Shown one piece after another: positions 17,062 through 26,519 of a DNA stretch of 39,116 nucleotides. A model generated the notes under the pieces. The model was not told where the DNA came from. It did not search any database and saw only the letters and a program-made list of their open reading frames with translations. Position numbers and translations under genes: made by a program. The DNA comes from a virus (lineage: Duplodnaviria; Caudoviricetes): the IMG/VR virus record IMGVR_UViG_3300020045_005706, positions 1 through 39,116 of that record; one strand, 5' to 3'. Position 1 is the first letter of the stretch. Every line of letters starts with the position of its first letter.

Positions 17062-17289
17062 AGAAATATATCGAGCAATCGAAACCGAGCAGATCCTGAG
17101 TGCGGTAGAAAAGGCAGGGGGAGTGTAAAAACTTTGACCCCATGCGCTGGGATGAGGAAGACCCGCACAAATCAAACATATCGCAATCATGCGTTAAATG
17201 ACACATCAAATACAGTGAATACATAGCGTTAAAAGGTTGGTCGCTAATCCTAACTGAGAAATTAACTTTTTTCAATAGGACGCTATCAA

Positions 17290-18546
17290 ATGGCAAACCA
17301 ACTATTAACCACCTCAAAAATCACCATGAACGCCTTAGACGTTCTGGAAAACCAACTCACATTTTCGAACAATATCGACCGCTCTTATGATGACCAATTT
17401 AACGGCGGTGGCGGTAAAATCGGCGCAACAGTAAATGTCAGAAAACCAGCGCGTAACATTGTTACAGTCGGTCAAGCTTTAGTGCCGCAATCAAGCGTTG
17501 AAACTTATGTACCTGTTACCTTAACTACTCAAGCGCACGTTGATTTATCATTCAGTTCACAAGATTTGGCATTGAATATTGACGAGTTTAAATCGCGCTT
17601 TATTACCCCCGCAATGGCAGCCTTAGCGAATAAAATCGACTATGACGGATTGCAAATGGCGTATAAAAATACCTATAACTTTGTCGGGACAGTCGGACAG
17701 TTGACAGGCACACCAACAAGCGCACAGGCTTTATTAGCCGTTGCCCAAGGTCAGCAAAAGTTAGACGAAAACGCCGCACCGCGAGACGGTAAACGGTCAG
17801 CTATTATCAACCCAGCTACACAAACTGGCTTGGTTACTGCTAACGCTACACTGTTTAACCCTCAACAAACCATTAGCGATATTTATAAAAATGGTCGTAT
17901 GGGTTCAAACGTATTGGGCTTTGATTTTTACATGGATCAAAACGTACCGATGCACACGGCTGGTACACAAAACGGCACTTTTGCTGTTAGTGCAGCGGCT
18001 CAAGGTGGCGGTAATACCGTACAAGCAGACGCGACAACACCATTCGCTTTAGCAACGGCGGCAATTACTGGCACATTAACTGCTGGTACTGTTTTCACAA
18101 TTGCCAACGTGTACGCGGTCAACCCACAGTCACGCATGAGTACTGGTTCACTGCAAAACTTTGTTGTTATGGCAGATACAGCGGCTTCTGCTACTTCCGT
18201 ATCAATCATGCCTTATCCGATTTTTAGCGGTGCGTTCCAAAACGTCACAAGCACCACAAACACTATCGCAGCATCGGCAACTTGTACTATTTTGAGCGGC
18301 TTGAATGCAGCAGTAGCACCACAAAACATCTTGATGCACAAAAACGCCTTTACATTAGCGTGTGCGGATTTACCACTGCCCAAAGGTGTAAACGAAGCAG
18401 CCCGCGGCAGTTCTAAAGCAGCGGGCTTGTCGTTGCGTATGATTAGCCAGTACGACATTCAGTCAGATAACTTTTTTAGTCGTATTGATGTATTGTACGG
18501 TTATAAGGCATTGTACCCTGAACTCAGTACCCGTCTAACAGGCTAG
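17290..18546 (+). CDS. Major capsid protein, P22 coat family
   Basis: MANQLLT..., KIGATVNVRKP, LANKID, GFDFYMDQN, HKNAFTLA and RIDVLYG motifs; AGGA RBS. Confidence 0.92.
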   Translation: MANQLLTTSKITMNALDVLENQLTFSNNIDRSYDDQFNGGGGKIGATVNVRKPARNIVTVGQALVPQSSVETYVPVTLTTQAHVDLSFSSQDLALNIDEFKSRFITPAMAALANKIDYDGLQMAYKNTYNFVGTVGQLTGTPTSAQALLAVAQGQQKLDENAAPRDGKRSAIINPATQTGLVTANATLFNPQQTISDIYKNGRMGSNVLGFDFYMDQNVPMHTAGTQNGTFAVSAAAQGGGNTVQADATTPFALATAAITGTLTAGTVFTIANVYAVNPQSRMSTGSLQNFVVMADTAASATSVSIMPYPIFSGAFQNVTSTTNTIAASATCTILSGLNAAVAPQNILMHKNAFTLACADLPLPKGVNEAARGSSKAAGLSLRMISQYDIQSDNFFSRIDVLYGYKALYPELSTRLTG

Positions 18547-18602
18547 ACACAAATAACCTTTTATAGTATAATGTACCCTCATTTAACAAGGGGTACATTA
18601 TG
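18544..18602 (+). promoter_or_regulatory. Promoter plus RBS-sequestering hairpin of the HNH gene
   Basis: TAGACA-17-TATAAT; perfect 10-bp inverted repeat TAATGTACCC (18569-18578)/GGGTACATTA (18591-18600) covering most of the SD and the A of ATG. Confidence 0.7.
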
Positions 18603-19337
18603 TGTAAAGTAGAAGGCTGTACAGTAACAAAGATTAAAGGGCATGGTTATTGCAATACCCACTATGCCAGATTCAAACGATTAGGAACTGTTGATTTAGT
18701 TAGTCACAAACAACCGATTGAAGAACGCTTTTGGAGGTTTGTTACAAAGCTAAGTGACGCTGAATGTTGGGATTGGACAGGTAGTAAAAACGCTAAAGGT
18801 TATGGTTCGCTACCTAATGGAAATGAGCAATTAGCACATAGAATTTCACACATTATTTTTAAAGGTGAAATACCAGATAAAATAATGGTTTTGCATCATT
18901 GTGATAATCCTAGTTGCGTTAATCCAAGTCATTTATATTTAGGCGATAATAAGCAGAATATGATTGATATGATTAGCAGAGGGCGAGCAAGACCACAAGG
19001 CGCACCACCTAAACTAACCGACGAACAAGTAAAAATTGTTGCAGAATCAGCTGAATCAGTTAGGGCATTATCTGAAAGATTTAATGTAAGTCGAGGAGTT
19101 ATTGAGCTTATAAAATCAGGAAAGACTTATAGTCACCTTGGTTTATCAATAAATAAAGCTGAAAAAGCAGAAGTAAATAGAAAAGGAAGTTTGAACGCTT
19201 CTGCTAAACTAACCGAAGAAACTGTTTTACTAATCAGAGCGTCAAACGAAAGTAATAGATTAACTGGGATAAGATATAATGTATCAACTTCCCTTGTATC
19301 AATGATAAAAAACCGTAAGGTTTGGAGTCATATTTAA
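18600..19337 (+). CDS. Free-standing HNH homing endonuclease
   Basis: CWDWTG...GYG...AHRIS...VLHHCDNPSCVNPSHL..G....N..DM; N-terminal CxxxxC..C..H and two C-terminal KLT-E-V HTH-like repeats; AT-rich. Confidence 0.9.
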   Translation: MCKVEGCTVTKIKGHGYCNTHYARFKRLGTVDLVSHKQPIEERFWRFVTKLSDAECWDWTGSKNAKGYGSLPNGNEQLAHRISHIIFKGEIPDKIMVLHHCDNPSCVNPSHLYLGDNKQNMIDMISRGRARPQGAPPKLTDEQVKIVAESAESVRALSERFNVSRGVIELIKSGKTYSHLGLSINKAEKAEVNRKGSLNASAKLTEETVLLIRASNESNRLTGIRYNVSTSLVSMIKNRKVWSHI

Positions 19338-19359
19338 CCAATTTTAAGAGGATTTACCC

Positions 19360-19731
19360 ATGCCAGCACAAGGCGCAGCTCCTAACGTAATTACAGCATC
19401 AATTCCCAACTTTGAACATTTAACAATGGTTTCTCTCGCACTGACACCAGCAGCGTGCGCGGCAGTGTCAGCAACCGAGCAAACTTTTACCGTAACAGGT
19501 CTATCAATGGGTGACGCTTTACAAGCCCGTGACGTTATTTTGAACGTATATAAACCAACAGCACAAACTGGTTTAGCTATCGGCTCATGCCGCGTAAGTG
19601 CAGCGGACACAATTAGTATTCAGTTTATCAACCCGACAGCAGGCAGTATCACACCCACAGCGGGCGAGATTTATACCATCACTGTATGGCGTCCATGTGC
19701 ATTAGCTCAGGCTAACGCAACTGTAGTTTAA
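19360..19731 (+). CDS. Small virion protein (possible capsid decoration/cement)
   Basis: Beta-rich, A/T-rich protein after the coat; GAGGA RBS; followed by a hairpin. Confidence 0.6.
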   Translation: MPAQGAAPNVITASIPNFEHLTMVSLALTPAACAAVSATEQTFTVTGLSMGDALQARDVILNVYKPTAQTGLAIGSCRVSAADTISIQFINPTAGSITPTAGEIYTITVWRPCALAQANATVV

Positions 19732-19743
19732 TACCGCAACACC

Positions 19744-19768
19744 AGCCCACGCTTAACCGCGTGGGTTT
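19744..19768 (+). terminator. Terminator-like hairpin
   Basis: CCCACGC-TTAACC-GCGTGGG followed by TTT. Confidence 0.55.
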
Positions 19769-19791
19769 CATCATCCAATAAGGAATAAATC

Positions 19792-20517
19792 ATGCTTGTA
19801 TCAGCCCGCGACCTTATACAGGATTCATTGACTATGTTAATGGTTTATTCGCCTGACACCATCTTAACCGCCGAAGAATCGAACACTGCACTACGATCAC
19901 TGAACGCGCTAATCGAGTCAATCGCAAACGATAACTTAACGATTAACACGGTTACAAAAGAGGATTTTAACCTTGTTGGTGGTCAAGCCACATACACATG
20001 GGGAACGGGTGGTAACTTTAACAGCCCTAGACCCATCACCGTTGAATCCTGTACTACTGCAATCACTGGCACAGCTGGAAACATAGATTTTCCTGTAGCC
20101 ATTGTTCAATACGATGATTATGCAGCCATATCGCTCAAAACATTACAAACCAATTACCCGCAATACTGCTACATTGACGGCGCATACCCGCTGGATAATG
20201 TCACGTTTTACCCTGTCCCGTCGAGTGCAATACCTGTCACGTTTTACAGTTACAAACAGCTAACGGAGTTCGTCACTGTTGCCGATTCTGTAGCTTTGCC
20301 GCAGGGTTATTATCGTATGCTTGTAGCGTTGTTAGCGATTGAACTAGCACCGAGCTATCAACTGACAGCCAGCCAAAACATTTACGATATTGCGAATCAG
20401 GCTAAACGGTCAATTATGCGCACAAACGCACGACCTTTGACAATGCAAACCGACCCCGTATTAATGGGTAGTGGTGGGCGGTATAATATCTTTTCAGATA
20501 GCTACAAGGGAAGATAA
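19792..20517 (+). CDS. Head-tail adaptor (P22 gp4-like position)
   Basis: ARDLI..SL...ALRSLN N-terminus, YPVP and LAIELAPSY motifs; synteny. Confidence 0.7.
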   Translation: MLVSARDLIQDSLTMLMVYSPDTILTAEESNTALRSLNALIESIANDNLTINTVTKEDFNLVGGQATYTWGTGGNFNSPRPITVESCTTAITGTAGNIDFPVAIVQYDDYAAISLKTLQTNYPQYCYIDGAYPLDNVTFYPVPSSAIPVTFYSYKQLTEFVTVADSVALPQGYYRMLVALLAIELAPSYQLTASQNIYDIANQAKRSIMRTNARPLTMQTDPVLMGSGGRYNIFSDSYKGR

Positions 20518-21968
20518 TGGGCGCAGAACTCCGCATATTCGGCAATAACGTCAAAAGCAAGTCACTGACAATAAGCGCGGAAGACCGACTTAACGTCTAT
20601 TTTGACATACCCACAGAAGCAGACCGCGCCCCCGTAGCAGCTTACGGCACACCGGGCGCAGAGTTTTTGTGTTATCCGTCAGGCTTTGTCACACGCGGAA
20701 TGTACGCTATGCCGCAAATTAGCGGGGCGATGGTGTTACAAGGGCGTAAGCTTTTTTTAGTCAAGACTAACGGCGATAGCAACCTTATTGCAACGTTACC
20801 CAATTCAAGCGACATAGGCGGCACGGCTTATTTCACCGACAACGGCACACAGCTTTTAATCATCACTCAAGACTTTGGCTATATTGTTGACACTAAAAAC
20901 GCCTATAAAATTTACGACATTACCAGTAAATTGCCGGAGGGCGGTTGCGATTCATGCGCATTTTTAGACGGCTATTTTATTGTCAATCGGCGCAACACTC
21001 AGCAGTTTTTTATCAGTCAAGTTTATGATGGTTTGTCGTGGAACGCTTTAGACTTTGCCAGTGCAGAATCATCACCTGATAACCTGAAAGCAGTCGCGGC
21101 AAACAACGGATATTTGTATCTGTTTGGCTCATTGACCACTGAAATATGGGTTAATAACGGCGGTGCGCTGTTTCCATTTGACCGTATACAAGGTGCGGCT
21201 ATCACTTACGGATTAGTGAGTATCGACAGCCTAACCGTTATCAATACCTCAATGATTGCCCTTGTACGCGACCGCTACGGGATGTTAGCAATCGGTACAA
21301 TTGCGGGCGGTGCGTTTGCTGAAATCAGCACACCCGACATCACTTACATTATTAATAAGTACGCAGCCAGCGAGGTTACAGCGTTTGTTTACTCGCTCAA
21401 TGGGCGATACTTTTATCAGATTACGTTTGATGGCATCGCATCATGGTTATACGACTTTAAAGCACAGGCATGGTCACGCTTGGCATCATGGGACATGGAA
21501 TACAGTAAGTACAAGCGCGGTTTATCAGTCGGGCGTAAGTTTATCGTTTCATCAGCTCTCAATGGACGACTGTCAACACTAAGCGCGGATGTTTTTACCG
21601 AGGATGGCGAGCAGATTGTTAGAGAGATTACCTTTAATCAGATTTTCGCACCGTCACAAAACTTTATGCTGATTAGTCGCATAAGGGCATGGATGGAAAC
21701 GGGGCAAGGCTTAGTTGCAGCAGACGACCCACCCACTACACCACAAGGCGTGAACCCTACCGTTTATCTACAGATTAGCCGTGACAGCGGGCATACATGG
21801 GGTGAGCGATTACCGACTGAAATCGGGCGGCGTGGCGAGTTTACCAGCCGGGCGGAATGGAGACGATTAGGACAGGCGCGGGCGTGGGCGATTAAATTAC
21901 GCATGACCGACCCAGTTAAATATGTATTAGTTGATGTAGCTATTGCAGCGGGAGAGGCATCAGCATGA
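20517..21968 (+). CDS. Tail hub / packaged-DNA stabilisation protein, P22 gp10-like
   Basis: LDGYFI, FASAESSPD, LFG..TTEIW and S.D.GHTWG...WRRLG motifs; beta-propeller-like composition. Confidence 0.85.
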   Translation: MGAELRIFGNNVKSKSLTISAEDRLNVYFDIPTEADRAPVAAYGTPGAEFLCYPSGFVTRGMYAMPQISGAMVLQGRKLFLVKTNGDSNLIATLPNSSDIGGTAYFTDNGTQLLIITQDFGYIVDTKNAYKIYDITSKLPEGGCDSCAFLDGYFIVNRRNTQQFFISQVYDGLSWNALDFASAESSPDNLKAVAANNGYLYLFGSLTTEIWVNNGGALFPFDRIQGAAITYGLVSIDSLTVINTSMIALVRDRYGMLAIGTIAGGAFAEISTPDITYIINKYAASEVTAFVYSLNGRYFYQITFDGIASWLYDFKAQAWSRLASWDMEYSKYKRGLSVGRKFIVSSALNGRLSTLSADVFTEDGEQIVREITFNQIFAPSQNFMLISRIRAWMETGQGLVAADDPPTTPQGVNPTVYLQISRDSGHTWGERLPTEIGRRGEFTSRAEWRRLGQARAWAIKLRMTDPVKYVLVDVAIAAGEASA

Positions 21969-22528
21969 GCCAAAAAAGCCCAATACCGCCATTAAACAAC
22001 CCGATTACCGACAAGTTACCGAGCTTAACGTGGGCGGCATACTTTACCAATCTAAAGGCTTTTATCGACTTGCTTTACAGTTTGAGCAATTCACCAAGCC
22101 CACACAATGACCTGTTAGACATCCAAGGCGGAACGACAACAGAACGGTATCACCTTACAGAAGCACAACATAACAACGCAGCATCAATACCGTTGTTCGA
22201 CGGTGACGCGACAAAGTTTATTGCTGGTGACGGCACACTGGCAATTCCAGACCATGAAAAGCTAGGCGGTTTGCTAGGCGGTACAGATGGGCAACATTAC
22301 CATCTAACTCAAAACCAATGGAACAATGTAAAACTTATCCCTACGCGGTCAGGCGATGCAAACACTTACTTGAATGGTGTCGGGCAATACGCCACACCAC
22401 AACATAACAGCATGGTAGGGTTACAGGGCGGTGCGTATGGCGATTATCAGCACGTTACCACGCCACAATTAAACAAAATAGCCAACATGGAATCACTGGT
22501 TTTTGGTTACATAACACTGGGGTTATAG
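21965..22528 (+). CDS. Tail protein with three His-containing repeats (needle/fibre-like)
   Basis: Three copies of H..L.(G/D).QGG.....H(L/V)T..Q; occupies the gp26 position. Confidence 0.6.
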   Translation: MSQKSPIPPLNNPITDKLPSLTWAAYFTNLKAFIDLLYSLSNSPSPHNDLLDIQGGTTTERYHLTEAQHNNAASIPLFDGDATKFIAGDGTLAIPDHEKLGGLLGGTDGQHYHLTQNQWNNVKLIPTRSGDANTYLNGVGQYATPQHNSMVGLQGGAYGDYQHVTTPQLNKIANMESLVFGYITLGL

Positions 22529-23713
22529 ATGATAGCAACCGAGACAATTAGCCTACGAGTTAAACTTGGCGGGGCAATAACTACAGCGGATAGTCCGATT
22601 ACTGGGCATTATGTCACGATGACCAGCGCGGGTGTTGTTATCGGTGTACAGGCGATACACTCAATTACAAATGGCGTTACGCCTGTAGTCATTACGCCTA
22701 ACGCGCTGAATGGCTACGTTAATATTCTGAAAAATTTACAGGTGTCAAATGCCGATAGTGTGACAACAAGTGTGATTTTAGAGCAATATGACGGCACAAC
22801 AGCAAAAACAATGTCACTATCACCACTTAGTGTAAATCAGTTTTTAACGCTGGATAGTGAGGGAGGAATAACATTAAGCGCGTCTGGTGGTATCGCTGGG
22901 ACTGGTACGGTTACGCAGGTGCAAGGCAACGGCACTGTAAACGGGTTATCGTTGTCTGGAAATGTAACGACATCGGGAAACATTACGCTAGGCGGCACAC
23001 TAACAGGCACGGCGGCAAGTTTAACGGCGGGTAATACAACAAACATCCCAGCATTATCTGGCGTGATTACAGGTAATTCAACTGGTACAACCACACTCAC
23101 CGCAAACGGTGTTACATCGTCGCAACTTGCCGCATGGACTACTGACGAGACAGGGACAGGAAGCAATGTTTTTGCCAATAATTGCACGTTAAACACGCCT
23201 AATATTACAACTCCATCATTTGCTAACCTAACTAATGCAATTGGTTTACCATTGGCAACAGGTGTTACTGGTATTTTGCCAGTAGCAAACGGAGGGGTAG
23301 ACCAAGCGGCATGGACAAGCTGGACACCAACGCTAGTAAACATAACGCTTGGTAATGGTACATTGTCCTGTGCATACAAAAAGATTACTGAAAAAACAAC
23401 CGCATTCAGGTTTCAATTAACAGCAGGCTCTACTACTGTTATTGGTGCAACACAACCAACTTTTTCATTGCCCGTTACAGCAAGCAGCAGCATATTAGTA
23501 GCTACACAAATAGGGGATATGATAATTAATGACGTGTCAGTACCACTAAAATATCCTGGTTTTGCGTTATTAGAAAGTACGACCACAGCGGGTTTGTATA
23601 TCGGTTATACAGGTGGCACATATGAATATATGGGCGGGGTACTCGCAAATGTGCCTGTATTAATAGCGGCATCCGATACAATCACGGTAAATGGTATTTA
23701 TGAGAGCGCATAA
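22529..23713 (+). CDS. Tail fibre-like protein
   Basis: T/G/S-rich; GTVT.V...GLSLSG, TDETGTG..VFA, VTGILPVANGG and W..WTPT motifs. Confidence 0.75.
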   Translation: MIATETISLRVKLGGAITTADSPITGHYVTMTSAGVVIGVQAIHSITNGVTPVVITPNALNGYVNILKNLQVSNADSVTTSVILEQYDGTTAKTMSLSPLSVNQFLTLDSEGGITLSASGGIAGTGTVTQVQGNGTVNGLSLSGNVTTSGNITLGGTLTGTAASLTAGNTTNIPALSGVITGNSTGTTTLTANGVTSSQLAAWTTDETGTGSNVFANNCTLNTPNITTPSFANLTNAIGLPLATGVTGILPVANGGVDQAAWTSWTPTLVNITLGNGTLSCAYKKITEKTTAFRFQLTAGSTTVIGATQPTFSLPVTASSSILVATQIGDMIINDVSVPLKYPGFALLESTTTAGLYIGYTGGTYEYMGGVLANVPVLIAASDTITVNGIYESA

Positions 23714-24129
23714 TGAATAACGAAGTAACACGCAACCACTTGTACGAACTTGGCAAAGCGGCAATGTGTCAAGAACCTGTAGCGTTGGAATTATCACACC
23801 TGTTCGCCGATGGTCTGTACGGACGCATTATCACCATGCCAGCAGATACGCTGGTAATGACGGCAATCCACAAATACGAAAACATCACAACGGTAGTTAC
23901 TGGGCGGTGTGAGATTGTCAAGCCAGACGGAGAACGGGAAACAATCATAGCCCCCGCTTTTTTTGTCACGCCAGCAAGAACACAAAGAGCCGTTTATGTG
24001 CTTGAAGAATCGACATGGATAACGGTACACGCTTGCGCAGCAACAACGGTACAAGACGCAGAAAATCATATCGCAGAAATGCCGGATTTTTATAATGAAT
24101 TTAAAGAAGCACAGGAGTTATTGATATGA
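23713..24129 (+). CDS. Cupin-like protein in the tail/ejection module
   Basis: HLFADGLYGR...PA.T....IHK...G.C...AP..F...R....E...W.TVH double-stranded beta-helix pattern. Confidence 0.6.
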   Translation: MNNEVTRNHLYELGKAAMCQEPVALELSHLFADGLYGRIITMPADTLVMTAIHKYENITTVVTGRCEIVKPDGERETIIAPAFFVTPARTQRAVYVLEESTWITVHACAATTVQDAENHIAEMPDFYNEFKEAQELLI

Positions 24130-25301
24130 CAGTAGCAGCGATAGCCGTAGCAGGTGTGGGCGCAGCGGCAGCCGTCGGAAGTACCATGATGGCAAACAAG
24201 GCGCAGAACAAAGCGACTGGACAGGCGCAGCAAGGGCAGCAACAAAACGCAGAAACGCAGTATAAAATCGCTGGTCAGAATGTCGATGCTAATAACCGTT
24301 TGATTGATGACAAAACCCGTGCGGCGATGGGTTATGTTGCTCCATTTGTACAGGGTGGCGTTAATGCTAACTTGGCATTACAACAACAAATGGGATTAGC
24401 CCCCGATGCACAGGGCAACATGAGCAGCCCTTTAACGCAGAATTTTACTGCGCAGGATTGGCAGAATGACGCGGGCTACACAGCACCAACCAGTAACCAG
24501 TTTACCCGCGAGCAATACTCACAAATGGCGGGTGTACCTGCTTTAGTCAGTAACACGCTTACAGCGGACGAATGGAAGAATGATGGCACGGGAACATACA
24601 CAGCCACACCTACCACGCTGGCAGAATTGCAAGCGACACCGGGCTATCAATTTCAGCTGGAGCAAGGTTTACAAGGTGTTGACCGAACAGCGGCAGCGCG
24701 TGGCGGGTTACTGTCTGGAAGAACACTTAAAGAGGCGAACAATTACGCCCAAGGGCAAGCGAGTACAGGCTTTGCTGATGCGTGGGCGCGTGGACAGCAA
24801 GCGTATCAAAACGCCTTTGCTCGTAAAAACCAACAGTTTCAACAAGGTCAGGAAGGCTATGCAAACCAGTACGCAAGACAGCAACAGCAATACCAACAAG
24901 GGCAGGATAGCTTACAAAATGCGTATAGTCGATACGGACAGAATCAAGACCGAGCTTATAATAAACTATCTGGTTTAGCGGCTAGTGGTCAAAATGCAGC
25001 CAGTGAACTAGGCGGGTATCAAATGCAAGCGGCACAAATGGGTATTAACAACAACAACAACTATGCCAATAATTTGAGCGGTAGCAGTCAGAATTACGCC
25101 GATAACACGGGAAATTTGGCACTAGGACAAGGGCAAAACAACGCTAATGCAGCGCGTCAAATTGGTAACACTGTTGGTAGTAGCTTGACTGATTTAGCGG
25201 GTAAATACTACGCTTCTACGGCTGGAACTAGCGCGGGTGTCAATACTGGTCAATACCAGACTAACAACGCCGTGAACGGCTTAGGCTTAACAAGAAAATA
25301 G
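24126..25301 (+). CDS. DNA ejection/transfer protein (P22 gp7-like)
   Basis: Hydrophobic A/G N-terminus, Q/N/A/G-rich body and TPGYQF.L.QG......AAARGGLLSG motif. Confidence 0.75.
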   Translation: MTVAAIAVAGVGAAAAVGSTMMANKAQNKATGQAQQGQQQNAETQYKIAGQNVDANNRLIDDKTRAAMGYVAPFVQGGVNANLALQQQMGLAPDAQGNMSSPLTQNFTAQDWQNDAGYTAPTSNQFTREQYSQMAGVPALVSNTLTADEWKNDGTGTYTATPTTLAELQATPGYQFQLEQGLQGVDRTAAARGGLLSGRTLKEANNYAQGQASTGFADAWARGQQAYQNAFARKNQQFQQGQEGYANQYARQQQQYQQGQDSLQNAYSRYGQNQDRAYNKLSGLAASGQNAASELGGYQMQAAQMGINNNNNYANNLSGSSQNYADNTGNLALGQGQNNANAARQIGNTVGSSLTDLAGKYYASTAGTSAGVNTGQYQTNNAVNGLGLTRK

Positions 25302-25310
25302 GAGTATGAA

Positions 25311-26519
25311 ATGGCTTTAAATGTGCCTATGGCAAATGATGTACAAGTAAATATTCCTAGCCTAAGCGATGCCGTTAGTAAATGGACGCAGATCAACGCA
25401 ATGCAACAACGGCAGGAATTGGCAAAAAACGAAGAAGCACGGGCAGCTGATACGACAGAACGCGCTAATAAAATGAATGATTTGAAGTTCGGCGGCGAAC
25501 AACGCGCGGCACACAAAGAAATCATGACCGACTTTAAAACGGTATTGCAGAAAAAAGCGCAAATAGCGGGTATACAGCCTAACACGCCACAATATCAGCA
25601 ATTAGCAAACGCCACATACAGCACGGGCTATGATAAGCTGATGCAGAACACAGGCGCACCGCCTCATGACCCGAACACGGATATTGATTTAGGGGCGGTT
25701 GAAGCATTGACCACCGCGCAAGAAGCTCATGCTATGGAAATGGAGCAGGAAACCGCTAAACAAAATGCAATGTTTAACCGCCAAAAAGAATTGGCACAGA
25801 TGAACTATGCGCACGGCGACCAAGCAGATGAGCGCAATTATAATCAGTCTTTAGGATTGGAAGATGTGCGACACGGGCATAATTTGGAAGCGGCACAGAT
25901 GGAAAACCAGTGGACATTTGACACTAAAATGGAAACTGAGCGAGCCAAGCAAGCGGCAGCACAGGATAAACCATTGCCAGCCACGATTGTAAAAGAACAG
26001 CAAAAACTACGCGACCAGATAGATACCGCGTCACAAATGAATAATATGCTTGGTACTTTTGAGAAACAGTTAGAAGATGGAAAATTAAATCTTTCATTAA
26101 CTGGAAATTTAGCCAATAAAGCGCGCAATTACATTGGAGCGGCAAATGATGACAGTACCGCTCTTGCCAGTTTTCAATCAGGAATGGAGAAAATGCGTAA
26201 TGATTCTTTGCGCTTAAACAGCGGTGTACAAACAGAGGGTGACGCGACAAGAGCATGGAATGAATTGTTCGCAAATATAAATGATGAAAAAATAGTCAAG
26301 CAAAGATTAAAGGAAATTAGAGGCTATAACGAATCGGCTATTAATTTTAAGAAAGCCGATATTAATGCTATGAGGTCGGAGTATGGCAAAGGTGAATTTG
26401 ATGATTCTGCATATACTCAGCAGCCACAAAAAACACCCACACCACAAGATATACCAGCGGGCTACAAAATGCAGCGCAACAAGCGCACAGGCGAAACCAG
26501 ATTGGTTAAGGCGGAATAA
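25311..26519 (+). CDS. DNA ejection protein (gp20-like position)
   Basis: Helical, Q/A/E-rich; synteny; AGGAG RBS. Confidence 0.65.
   Translation: MALNVPMANDVQVNIPSLSDAVSKWTQINAMQQRQELAKNEEARAADTTERANKMNDLKFGGEQRAAHKEIMTDFKTVLQKKAQIAGIQPNTPQYQQLANATYSTGYDKLMQNTGAPPHDPNTDIDLGAVEALTTAQEAHAMEMEQETAKQNAMFNRQKELAQMNYAHGDQADERNYNQSLGLEDVRHGHNLEAAQMENQWTFDTKMETERAKQAAAQDKPLPATIVKEQQKLRDQIDTASQMNNMLGTFEKQLEDGKLNLSLTGNLANKARNYIGAANDDSTALASFQSGMEKMRNDSLRLNSGVQTEGDATRAWNELFANINDEKIVKQRLKEIRGYNESAINFKKADINAMRSEYGKGEFDDSAYTQQPQKTPTPQDIPAGYKMQRNKRTGETRLVKAE

Noticed and set aside
17062-17289. tRNA or known riboswitch/ribozyme in the coat leader
   Set aside because: No cloverleaf or T-loop, and no complete hammerhead or riboswitch core recognised; kept only as an unnamed candidate.
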